A stretch of DNA of 64,000 nucleotides from Blastocystis sp. Blastoise. Its lineage: Eukaryota > Protista > Bigyra: Opalinata. Positions within the stretch are counted from its first letter, which is position 1. Every line of letters begins with the position of its first letter. Location: contig JBBPEB010000013.1 in the NCBI GenBank assembly GCA_039096225.1, forward strand, positions 1,488,001 through 1,552,000. Reading direction: 5' to 3'. Positions 12,217-25,700 of the stretch are shown piece after piece. A model generated the notes under the pieces. It saw only the letters and a program-made list of their open reading frames with translations. It had not been told where the DNA came from and searched no databases. The position numbers and the translations under genes are program-made.

Positions 12217-13204
12217 ATATATAACTTTATATAATTATATATATTTAGAATACTATATCTATTATATCTATTTATATATAGATATTATTCTCATGAATTT
12301 CCTTTATTTTTTACCTCAGGATTTTATTATATAATCAGATATATAATAATTCTTGAACAGAAATTATTTAATTTATTTTTATATTCTTCTAAAACATCTG
12401 ATATATATATATATATAGATTATATATGTTTCTATGGATTATATAATATAACTATATATAAATATGTTTATCCTAGACAATAAACCTTTATTAGCTCATT
12501 CTTATTATTATATATATTAATATATATTCTTGTTTTTATATCTTTTTTTTATTAAATTAACCAGACAAAAGTTTTTCTTTCAATTCTCAGTATTCTGGCG
12601 ATTTTCTCTAAACCAGATGGCTTACTATTTTTTTTTAAAGACATTTAAATACGACATAAAAATGGATTTTCTTTTTTATTAATTAATTAATTTTTGTAGA
12701 GATTAAAAATATTTGGGGTCTCGACTTAGCAACAAAAGTGATTTGAAAATGCTTTAATACAAATATTTTTTCAAAATAAAATCTAAATTATATATTAATA
12801 TTATAATATAATAAGAAAACAATAAAATGAAACATATATATTATATTTAAGGAGTTATTATTTAAAAAATAATATTCTTGTGAAAACAGTATTCATATAC
12901 TTGAATCAAAAATATATTCTTGGGAAAACATCAAAGAAAAATATGACTATTTTAAAAAACAATTATAAATTGATTAAATAGATCATTTAAATATATTATA
13001 AATATAAAAATAATAATTTTATTATAAGAAATTGTTATTCTAGATCGAAAGAATATAAAATATTAATAATATAATAATTAGTAAATTTATTTTATTTTAT
13101 ATATATAATATATGCATATTATATTAATCTATATACACTACAGAATAGATTCTAAGAAGAAAATAAAAGAAATTAAACTGTTTAAAACGATATAATACGG
13201 CACT

Positions 13205-13652
13205 ATGAATACTACTCCGTCAACAAGCTTGATATTTCTACCACAGCCTATTAATAAACTAGAAGAATGTCAAATTAAAAGTAATGTAACAGATTCAAGA
13301 AATATTTCATCTTCAAAACCTTCAATACCTAAAAAACCTACAATAATCAAACGAAAACGTGGAAGACCTCCAAAAAGGAAACGTGGTCCAAAATCAAAAG
13401 AAGGTAATTAATTAATCAACTATTTATATATTATATTTATAATATTTAATTTTATTATTTTATTTATTTTATTATTTTATTATTTAGAAACTGAAGTATC
13501 AAACAAAACAAATAACCTAACAATAAAAGACAATAGAAAAAGTATTTATATATATATATATATTTTTTTTTATTGATTATAATTCTTATTCATTATATTA
13601 ATAGTATATTATTTATTATATTATAAATTATTTATGTATATATTTTATGTAT
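13205..13652 (+). pseudogene. Truncated copy (exons 1-2, AT-hook only) of the hAT-like gene, cut inside intron 2 by the palindrome junction
   Basis: Mirror of 16429-15982: exon 13205-13403, intron 13404-13487, exon 13488-13541, then intron sequence running into the antisense 3' end of the full gene. Confidence 0.82.
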
Positions 13653-13700
13653 AATTCAAAAAAGCATAAAGAGAGACTACAATTTTATATCTTTGACTAT

Positions 13701-16429
13701 TTATAAACCTATTGTAGATTGATGAAGGATTTCCTTTTTAATAGGATCATTACTGTTCATGTAAATTATTGTTTGATTATATTCATTCTTATCGGACATA
13801 GATTTCCTTTGGAAGGTTAAGAATCTTTTGTATTGTGAGCATAATCTTTCTAGATAGGTTAGATTGCAAGGATAATGTTTATATTTGAGTGCTATAGAAC
13901 ATATAGTAGGAAAATCACGAACATTCGAATTGAAAAAATGTATATAATCCTTTTTGTTTATACAAAGGTATTTATTCTTACAGTTACAGGATAGAGAGAA
14001 CGTACGACACTTATGTAAATACTGATTAAACTCCTCTTTAGGAACTGAATTAAATAATGTATATTTGGTTAGATCATAAAGAGGAAGTTGAGCAACATAA
14101 TAAGGATTGAACAATACTGTATTCTCATATAGAATTCTATATGGTTCCTCTTCAGTATCGTGGGAAATAAAATACATTTCAACTTGAAGTTTTGCATTTG
14201 AAATAGCTATATATATATATCGTATATATAATCGTAACATTAATAGAGAATTTGTAATATAAAATATCATATGAATATAGTATACTATATAACTTAGTAA
14301 TAACAACATATATAAATTGATATAGGGAAGAGCAAAAACGTATTATATATAAACAAAAATAAAATAAAAAGACTACGATTATTTATATAATATAAATATA
14401 CATTTCTTAATTTTATCATCTATGGACTGATCACTATTTATAGTGGTTTCAAGAGAACATAACGACATATATATATTTTCAATAAGAATTTTGCTATTAC
14501 AAATAACATTAGAATCAGATGATATTATACTAATTATATCATGAATTTCTATATAAATAGAATCTAAAATCTTAAAAGCATCTCTGATTTTCTGTTTTAC
14601 ATCATCAGTTAATAAATGACAAAAATCGTCAAATTGAGAAATTTTGTCTTTATTTTGTAATATAAAAGAACATATGTCGTCAAAATAGAGTTTATAATAG
14701 GAATAGCAACTCATCCATGAATCCCATCTAGTTGATATAAACAAAGGCCAATCAGTTGGTGTCCAAGAAGATTTATGTAAGAAATGCTTCAATAAATTAA
14801 AACATCGAAAATTATTTCGAATTTTCTTGTTGCAAAAATCCATAAACTTACTACAATCATCAAAACCAGAAATTAATTCATTTCCAATCAAATCCAGTAT
14901 ATGGCACAGACAGCCGATCCACGTACAGTCCGAACTCAATACTGCAAATCGCTTAGCTACATTAATCATGGAATCAGAGTCATCACTGTTAAACACTTTC
15001 ATTCTCACAGGATTTATTCTAAAGTTACAAAATACGTCTAATAATATTGAACATATAGTATCACTAGAGTGATCTTCAATTTTGTACATACCTATATATT
15101 AAATACATTAGCTACTTATATTAATGAATAAATGTTAACTACTATTGTCATAACTACTACTACTATTAATGACAGCTTTAGTAGTAGCAGTAGGTAACAG
15201 TAATAATATATGCAAAGAAATAACATTATCAGTAGTAATAGAAATAATATAATTATAATAGTATAAATAGAAGCAGTACGAGTTGAAGTAATAGAAGTAA
15301 TTACAGTAATAGATACAGTAATAATTCGAGAAATTATTTAAAAACATGATGATTTGTATACATAATAAGAATCATAATAATATTATACATAAATGTATAC
15401 CTAAAAAGAAGTAAGGCTCATTTTCATATTCTCCATTTAGTTTCTTGACCATAATTGAGACTACACTTTGATCTTTGATATTCTTTGTTTCGTCAATACA
15501 TAACGAGATTTCTTCATTATATAAGTAACCAGATATTCTATCCATAAAAACACTAGCTAGACCTGGTATATAAGTATTAATAATCAATGGATCTGATGGC
15601 AGCATTTTGGCCTCTTGTGCATCATTGCAGGGTTCAACACGCTTTTCATCTGTTTCATATAATGGCATGGCTAACCCTAACGCCAAGCAATTCATGAGAG
15701 ACTGATATATAAAGTAATTATCGTTTGCCTTTTCCATTTTACGCTTTCGTTCTTTTAACATTTGAATAACCTTTTCATTGTGAATACGAGTTGCAGAGTT
15801 GATATGACGACTAGAAGTAATATGTCTCCTTAAGGTAGACGTTTTACAACTAACGGCCTTATTGCAGGCCTTACAAACCAATTTATTCTTGATATATTGA
15901 ATTGGAGTAACAAGATGAGGTAGACATTTAAATAAAACTTTTATTTTTTCTTTTCTTTTTAAAGCAACTACTATGTAATACATACATAAAATATATACAT
16001 AAATAATTTATAATATAATAAATAATATACTATTAATATAATGAATAAGAATTATAATCAATAAAAAAAAATATATATATATATATAAATACTTTTTCTA
16101 TTGTCTTTTATTGTTAGGTTATTTGTTTTGTTTGATACTTCAGTTTCTAAATAATAAAATAATAAAATAAATAAAATAATAAAATTAAATATTATAAATA
16201 TAATATATAAATAGTTGATTAATTAATTACCTTCTTTTGATTTTGGACCACGTTTCCTTTTTGGAGGTCTTCCACGTTTTCGTTTGATTATTGTAGGTTT
16301 TTTAGGTATTGAAGGTTTTGAAGATGAAATATTTCTTGAATCTGTTACATTACTTTTAATTTGACATTCTTCTAGTTTATTAATAGGCTGTGGTAGAAAT
16401 ATCAAGCTTGTTGACGGAGTAGTATTCAT
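13701..16429 (-). CDS. hAT-superfamily DDE transposase or transposase-derived protein (~672 aa) with N-terminal AT-hook and CGGBP1/BED-like zinc finger
   Basis: Five exons joined at GT-AG sites stay in frame: 16429-16231, 16146-16093, 15970-15401, 15091-14402 and 14206-13701, totalling 2019 nt. Motifs appear in hAT order: KRGRPPK (AT-hook), CKAC-x12-H-x5-H, ISLCIDETK (1st D), FNSDDSDSM (2nd D), WIGCLCHILDL (CxxH), ISTRWDSW (RW) and YLERLCS (E, cf. sERxFS). Confidence 0.85.
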
Positions 16430-17418
16430 AGTGCCGTATTATATCGTTTTAAACAGTTTAATTTCTTTTATTTTCTTCTTAGAATCTATTCTGTAGTGTA
16501 TATAGATTAATATAATATGCATATATTATATATATAAAATAAAATAAATTTACTAATTATTATATTATTAATATTTTATATTCTTTCGATCTAGAATAAC
16601 AATTTCTTATAATAAAATTATTATTTTTATATTTATAATATATTTAAATGATCTATTTAATCAATTTATAATTGTTTTTTAAAATAGTCATATTTTTCTT
16701 TGATGTTTTCCCAAGAATATATTTTTGATTCAAGTATATGAATACTGTTTTCACAAGAATATTATTTTTTAAATAATAACTCCTTAAATATAATATATAT
16801 GTTTCATTTTATAGTTTTCTTATTATATTATAATATTAATATATAATTTAGATTTTATTTTGAAAAAATATTTGTATTAAAGCATTTTTCAAATCACTTT
16901 TGTTGCTAAGTCGAGACCCCAAATATTTTTAATCTCTACAAAAATTAATTAATTAATAAAAAAGAAAATCCATTTTTATGTCGTATTTAAATGTCTTTAA
17001 AAAAAAATAGTAAGCCATCTGGTTTAGAGAAAATCGCCAGAATACTGAGAATTGAAAGAAAAACTTTTGTCTGGTTAATTTAATAAAAAAAAGATATAAA
17101 AACAAGAATATATATTAATATATATAATAATAAGAATGAGCTAATAAAGGTTTATTGTCTAGGATAAACATATTTATATATAGTTATATTATATAATCCA
17201 TAGAAACATATATAATCTATATATATATATATATCAGATGTTTTAGAAGAATATAAAAATAAATTAAATAATTTCTGTTCAAGAATTATTATATATCTGA
17301 TTATATAATAAAATCCTGAGGTAAAAAATAAAGGAAATTCATGAGAATAATATCTATATATAAATAGATATAATAGATATAGTATTCTAAATATATATAA
17401 TTATATAAAGTTATATAT

Positions 17419-17807
<389 letters not shown>

Positions 17808-20389
17808 TATACTGTGGGAGAAATAGTAGTACCAGAAAGCAAATAATATATATTAATCTTCAATTCTGTTTGTTTATTCAAAATACTATTTATTCTATAC
17901 TTAATATGTATAAATAATATCTCTGTATTTACTTTAATAAATATATAACTATAGATAGATAGAGTTATAATGGATTTTATTATATAAAACAATATAAATG
18001 GTTATATATAAAGAATAATAATAGTAATATATATTTAATAATATACATAATAGTATGTTGAATCCTAAAAGAAATGAACTAGAAGAAGGAGATCTTTTGT
18101 TTGTTCATCATCACTTTTTCACTACATTCTTTTAATGATACTTAAACATCTATAATAGCTATATATAATAATATAAATATATTATCAATATTATCAATAT
18201 ATATATATATATATATACGTTTATAATAATATTTTTTATTTGATATAAATCACAATTAAAATGAGATCGTAATAGATAATTCAGATATTATAGAAATATA
18301 CACTTTTATTACAGTCGAAAGAAATTCTACCTATATCTATATTCATATCTATCTATATAATAAATACAATAATAATAAAACTAGTATTAAATATACAATA
18401 ATAAGATTTAAATATATATAATAATGGTAATATATATATATATATACAAAAAAATAAGAATAATCTATTTGTAAAGTATTCATTGATATACTTATTCTTT
18501 AAATACTTTTAATAAAAGGAATAAACCATTTTATGTCTTTACCGATAGAATAAAATAAAATAATCTTATTTCTATTATCATAAAGAAACTATATATAAAT
18601 AGTATATATTATTATATATAGAATAATATATTATATAAAAAAACATATTATAAATTTAATATTATTATTAAAATATATATATATATTTAAAAATAATAAA
18701 AAGTAATAATAATAAAATATTTATATACAATAACATGTAGTAATAAATCTTCAGATATTTGTTCAAGTAATCCAGTAATACTATATAAACAATAAATAGA
18801 ATAAATATTATAAAACTTATACATATAAATCTATATTAAAAAATGTAAAAGAATAAATTAAAAACAAAAATATTATATAAAATAATATTATTTAATATAT
18901 TCAAAATAATATTAATAAAAATAATAAAAATAATTATATATAATACATAAAAAATAAATAGGAAGAAAATCTTATGTTTATTTAAAATACTATTTAAAGA
19001 CTAATAAACAGCCATAAAGTATTAAAAATATTTAATAAAATAAAATAAATAAATAATAAAAAATAATAATTAATATATACAAAAATGACTGTCTCTCATT
19101 CTCATCTTTTTTTGCTTTGATTTTTTTTGTTTTTGTTTTTGTTTTGAAATAATCTATCATTATCATAAAAACAATTCTAAACATCTTAATCAATTATAAT
19201 CTAAATAAATAAAATAAAAATGAAACAACATCATTATAGTTCATATTAATATACTTTTTAAAGAGACTAATTCAACTGAAATAAAATTTTAAAACTTTTT
19301 GTGACACCTATGAATGCTAAAAATAAATGAAAGAAACATAATTACTGATAAAATATTTGTATATAAAATAAATATTAAAATATTTACTAATATAAAGTCA
19401 TATATACATTCTGATATAACTAATATATTGAAAATAAATGAAAAATAATCAACTTGATAAACTTAAAATATTAAATTTTTTTAATTTATAACAAATTTAA
19501 ATAAAATTAAGGAAATCAAAAGAAATTCTTTAAATAAAATAAAATAAAGTAATTTTAGAGAAGTTTATTTTTTATGTATAAACTGATTGAAAAACTGTAT
19601 AAAAAGAGAAAAATCTATTTATTATAATAAATATAATATAATGAACTATACAATGATTATTTTTAATAAACAAGAAAGAATTACTCATATAAATAGACAA
19701 TTGCAAAATGATAAAATAATTTTCTCATATATTCTCTTTAATATATTTATTTTGTTTAAAATACTTGCATAAAATATTATTCAATTGATTTTGACAAATA
19801 TTAAATCTTCAACGGAAATTATAAAAATTTAAGTTAACAATATTTCATATTTATGTCATAATTATCTTCTTTTGTTTTTATGCAGTGTATAATAAACTTT
19901 TAATTAATAATATTTTATGAATACAACTGAAAAAATAAAAAAGAACAAAAAAAGTCTTCTTTTACACAAGTTTATATACTGAAATCTTTTTCTATAAAAG
20001 CACTCAAAAAAAATATTATTTTTAATATAAATTATCTCGATTGATATTTAAAAAAAACAAAAAAAATATATATATATATATATTTTGTATAAATCTACGA
20101 GGAATCTTGGTATAAAAGACAAAAAGCTATACACCAGTGTATATACTTATAAAATAAATTTTCATTTCAAAAACATAGTTCATATAAACAAAACAAATTA
20201 ATAAATCAGACAATTATTCATAGATACATTTATAAATATACTTATAATATATATAATACAAAAAAATAGTTTATTATTTGTTATGGAATTTTTTATTGTT
20301 ATCAACTAGGCACCTGACAAAATAGAAAGTATACAAAGGAAAACACACATAAGGACGACATATTTTTTTTTTTTGATTTTTTTTTTGTC

Positions 20390-20855
20390 AGGCAACGACA
20401 TTTTTTTTATTTTTTAATTTTTTTTAATTTTTTTTTTCTTTGATTTTTTTTTTGATTAATTTTTTTGTTTAAAATTTAATAGTAACCCAAGGCAAGTATA
20501 TATAAATATATATAAATGAATATAAATATAAATATATAAGATATTTTTTTTCTTTTAATTTTATTTTTTTGATTAATCTTTTGATTAATTTTTTGTTTAA
20601 AATCTAGTAGGAACGCAAGGCAAGATATTTTTTTTCTTTTAATTTTAATTTTTTAATGATTTTTTTGTTTAAAATCTAGTAGGAACGCAAGGCAAGATAT
20701 TTTTTTTTCTTTTAATTTTTTTTAATTTTTTTTTTCTCTAAGTTATAATGGAAACGCAAGGCAAGTATATAAATAAATAAATAAATAATAAATAAAAATA
20801 AATGAATATAAATATAAAAAATATATACGATATTTTTTTTCTTTTAATTTTTTTT
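20390..20855. repeat. Mirror copy of the TTGCC repeat array with a different insert pattern
   Basis: GGCAA cores at 20391, 20491, 20619, 20691 and 20760. Confidence 0.88.
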
Positions 20856-22796
20856 AATTTTTTTTTTTTTTAAATTTATAACTTTATATATTTATAAATT
20901 ATTTTATAAATATATATTCATTATCATTTGATCGATATAATAATATAATACATAATATACATAATAATACAGAATCAATCAAAAGAAAAAGAGATAATAT
21001 AAATAATTATAAATATTCTCTTTATTAAAAGTCAGTTTTTAACTAACTTAACTATAAAATATAAAAACTACATAAAAATAAATACTGACATATTATTATA
21101 TAAAGAAGAACAATCTTATTATATAATATATATGGAGTAAAAGCAAAACATATAAAAAAATTCCATAAACAAAATATAAAACTACATTATATATATGTAT
21201 AAATATAAAAATATAAGTATAAATATGAATAAAAATAATATATATATATATATTGTATTAATAAATAATACAAAATATATATAAATTATTTATTTATAAA
21301 AAAAAAACTAATATATATGAAAATAGAATAAGATTATTGCATCTATATAATCTTAAACTATTTGGAAGTATAAAAAGGAGAAGAGGGAAAATTACAGAAA
21401 GGATTTAGGAACCGCCTATACATATATATATAATACTATTCACATAGTAACTATATATATCATATAGATTTTTTTTTTCTATGGAGAGTTATTTAACTTT
21501 TTTTTTTCTATGGGATTATTAAATTTTTTTTTTCTATAGGAATATGGATATTTATGATATCTACATTTCTTTAAATCATCTATATATAATTATTGATGCA
21601 ACAAGAATAATTTATATATAAACTATGAATAGATAAATATCATAAAACCTGAAACATTATTTCTTTTGAAGCTAAAACTATATTATACAAGAACCCTGTC
21701 TTATAATACGATTTTAGACATAAAAAAGAATATAATACAAAAGATATAAAAAATAAATATAAGATAAGATATTCAACTTAATGATATCTCAACATAATGA
21801 TATCTCAACATAATAAAAATATATAAATATATACATAATATATAAATATATAATAAATATATATATAATAAATATATAATAAATATATATATATATACAT
21901 AATATATAACAACAAATATTGAATAATTATATAAAGACATAATAAAAATATATATAAATAATGATACTAAAAATATTAAAAAATTATTAAAAAGATATAA
22001 TTCTTTTTTAAAAAAAAGAAAAAAATACAATTATATATACATATATTTAAATATATATATATATATATATAAAAAAAAGCTATTAGAATTATACATTCAT
22101 ATAAATAATCTAGAAATAATTAAATACACAGTATACATATACTTAACATATTAAATTATAAGAAGACCATTACATAATATATAATTCATAAACTAAATCT
22201 TAAACATATATATATAAATATAAATATATAGAATATATATCATGAAGAGTTATTCCGGATTTAACAATTCATGATAATAATCTTTAATAATATAGCATCA
22301 TTATTTTCTAAATTTATTATTAATATCTTCAATTATTTCTCCTATATATATATATTTTTTTAAATTTTTTTTTTTCTATGACCTTTTTTTAATTTAATTT
22401 TTTTTTTTCTATGACTTTTTTTAATTTTTTTTTTTTTTTTAAATATATAGGAGATATTGAAGTTATACATGATAATATATATATATATTATATATATTTA
22501 TTTATAAAATATTTATATAACAATACATATATATATATATTTATATATAAATAAAAAGAGAGATGAAAAGGGAATTACAATATAAAGGGTAAATAAAAAG
22601 AACTAAGATAAAAACAGTATAATATAATTTATAAAAAAAAATATATATATATATATTTATAAAATGAGAAAAATAGAAAGAATAGGGAATTACAGTATAA
22701 AGAGGTTTAAATAGAAAATAAAAGAATAGGAATTGATAATATATATAGAAAAGGATTAAGAAACAATAATAAAAATTATTCTACATGATGAGTTCA

Positions 22797-25700
22797 TTAA
22801 TTCTCAGCAATAGGATTCTTATTATTAGAGCTAGAAGGAGACTCGACAACTTGTACAGGAGCAGAATTGTTATTATTAATTTCTACAGAATTATTAATAT
22901 CATCTGATATTTCACCATATTCACTGTTATGAAGAGATAAGGAATCGCTCATTGAATCAGCAACATTAGCTTGTTCAAGAGAAGCAGAAGCAGCTTGAAT
23001 AGCAATACGACGGCTCTCTTCAGCATTATGAGCTAATTCAGCGGCAGCCTGTTCATCAAACGCAGGTTGAACATTAGGATGTTCGTGCGGTAATGATGTT
23101 ATAATAGGTTCTTCTTGAGAAACTACTACAACTTCATTTTGATCTCTAACAGGTTGGCTTTCACCAATTAAAATTGGAGTGGGTTCATCATTCGATCGAT
23201 TAACCACAGCGATAGGTCTATTCATAACAGGTTCATTTTCAGAAGGATTAACTTCTATGGTGGAATCATTTATGATTTCAATAGATTCAGTAGGAATAAT
23301 AGGAACAACTTCTATATCTTTTTGATCTTTATCTATAATAGCAGCATCTATACCATTATTAGCAGCAGATTCAGCTAATTTATAGATAGTAGGATACTTT
23401 TCAACACATTGAGCAACATATTGATTAAATTCAATAGGATCAGCTATGTCACTTGTTTGTATATCAGATATAGGCTTTTGTTCGAGTATATTAGCAACAT
23501 TACCAGCATTAATAGAAGCTAAATCAGCAGAATGAGCAGCTTTATCATAAGCATATTTAGCAAGATTAGCAGATGATAATTGATAATCATCATCAAAACT
23601 AGCATATTGATCAATAACTACAGTTTCAGCTACAGTTTCTTGTTTAGCAACAGGTAAAATAATTCTTTGTTTCTTAAGTTCTTCAAGTTGTTTCTGTATA
23701 GCATCTTCATTCTTATCAGGAAGAGGACCAGTACGTCTACAATAGAAAGTTAAAATTACAATAAATACAATTAAAGTTAATAATAAAATAATGATAATAA
23801 ATATAATAATTATATTAGTAATATCATTAGGTCTTGGAGTAGGAGCAATAGAAGGAGTTTCATCATTAGTACCAACAATACCAAAAGTAGTAGATGTTAA
23901 AGAAGCATCACCTAAAGTAACAATACAATCAGTACCAGCATAAATTTGAGTAAATTCTTCAGTTTCATTATCTTTCTTAACACAAGATGTATCAATATCA
24001 GATCGTTTAGGATATCTTAAAGTAGGAGGATTACTTTGAGGGAAAACATAATCAATATCATTATTAATTATTACATAATAACATTTACCTTCACGTAAAG
24101 TAGAAACCATGTAACAATTAATAGCACTTAAAACGACCTTAATAGTATTAGAAGCATCTTCTTGTAATAATTGATATTTAGAAGAAGTAATAGAAGGATA
24201 ACTAAATGTAGCATTTGTACCATCAACAAAATTAAGAGATACATTTTCATCACCAGGTTTAACTTCAACCTCATTAGACATTTCACCTATAGATCTCCAA
24301 CCTCTTAAGAAAGCCTTTGATTTTTGGATATCTGAATCATAAGAAGGTAAATAAATAATATTACGTAAGAAAACTATAGGTTGTATAGACATATCATAAT
24401 AAGGACGATTATAAACAATAGCAATTGCTTTAGCACCATCATAAATATTATCAATAGTAGCTATTTCTGTTTCACCAAGAGACTTAGCAACTTCTTCACA
24501 TACATAAGAATATTGAATGTTAGCAAGAGGTGTAGAACCTTCAGGACCAACAAGTAAACCATTAATAATCTTTGTAGCTAAAGAAGGATGAGATAAAATA
24601 GTTTCTCTAGTAGCATTATAAATATCAGTTACATCTCTAACTAAATCATTAGTTAAAGCCTTATTCATAATAGTAAATAAATCATCAGAATCAATAGAAT
24701 GAATCATAATAAATACAATTTCTTCAACTGTTAATTTACCATTAGCAGGGAATATTTGTAATTTAATATCATTATATCTATAATATTCACTATTAGCAAA
24801 TTGGTAACATAATCTAAATTCATTACTAGGAGTTAAAATAGCTTCTCTATAAATAATATTAAATTGACCAAGTGTATTTGTTGAATTAGTAACAAGAGCA
24901 TTTTCATCAGTACATGTAATATCTTCATCATTTGTATAATGTACAAATTTAGCATTATCATTAACTAATCCTTCATATGTAAATGTTAAAGTTTCAACAT
25001 TATTTATATATAAACCAATAATATATTCAGGTATAATTCTTACACCATGTAACGAGAAACGAGTATTATCAGTATTATATATAACATAATCAGAATTATC
25101 AATATTAACTAATTTCATACATACTTTATAATCTTCATTAGTAACAAATGTACGAGGAATATTTTGTATATTAACATAATTATTATTATTATCATTATTA
25201 TAAGAAATTATATCATCAATTGTATCAAGATAATTATCACAAGTAGAAGATTCAGGTACAAAACGTATAATTGTATTAGATAAATCATATTGAGGTTCAA
25301 TATCTAAATCAATACGAGATGTCTTACTCTTAACAACAATATGAGGATTAATTTCTTGTAATTTAAATAATTTAATATGTTCATAATCTAATTTATATTG
25401 TTCTTGTTTATTAAAGAATTTAAAACAAACAGCTACATCAAGATATCCTTTATTAAATTTAACACTAATAGATTTATCATTACTAAGAGTTACATAAGGA
25501 GTAATAATATCTTCTTCATTAGTACTATCACAATTAGAATTACCTTGTATAAATTTAATAGAATCACCTTCAGAGATAGATCCAATAAATTTAAATTCAG
25601 TATATTCAGGAATACCACCAACTAAACTTTGTAAAGGAGATATACTAGAAATAGAACGTTGAATAATACTAATACCATCAACAATAATATTTTTAGATAA

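Noticed and set aside
14827-15072. 81-aa plus-strand ORF
   Set aside because: Antisense shadow of transposase exon 4.
15135-15347. 70-aa ORF inside the transposase gene
   Set aside because: It lies in intron 15400-15092, whose removal keeps the frame (FFLG-MYKIE), and is degenerate trinucleotide-like sequence.
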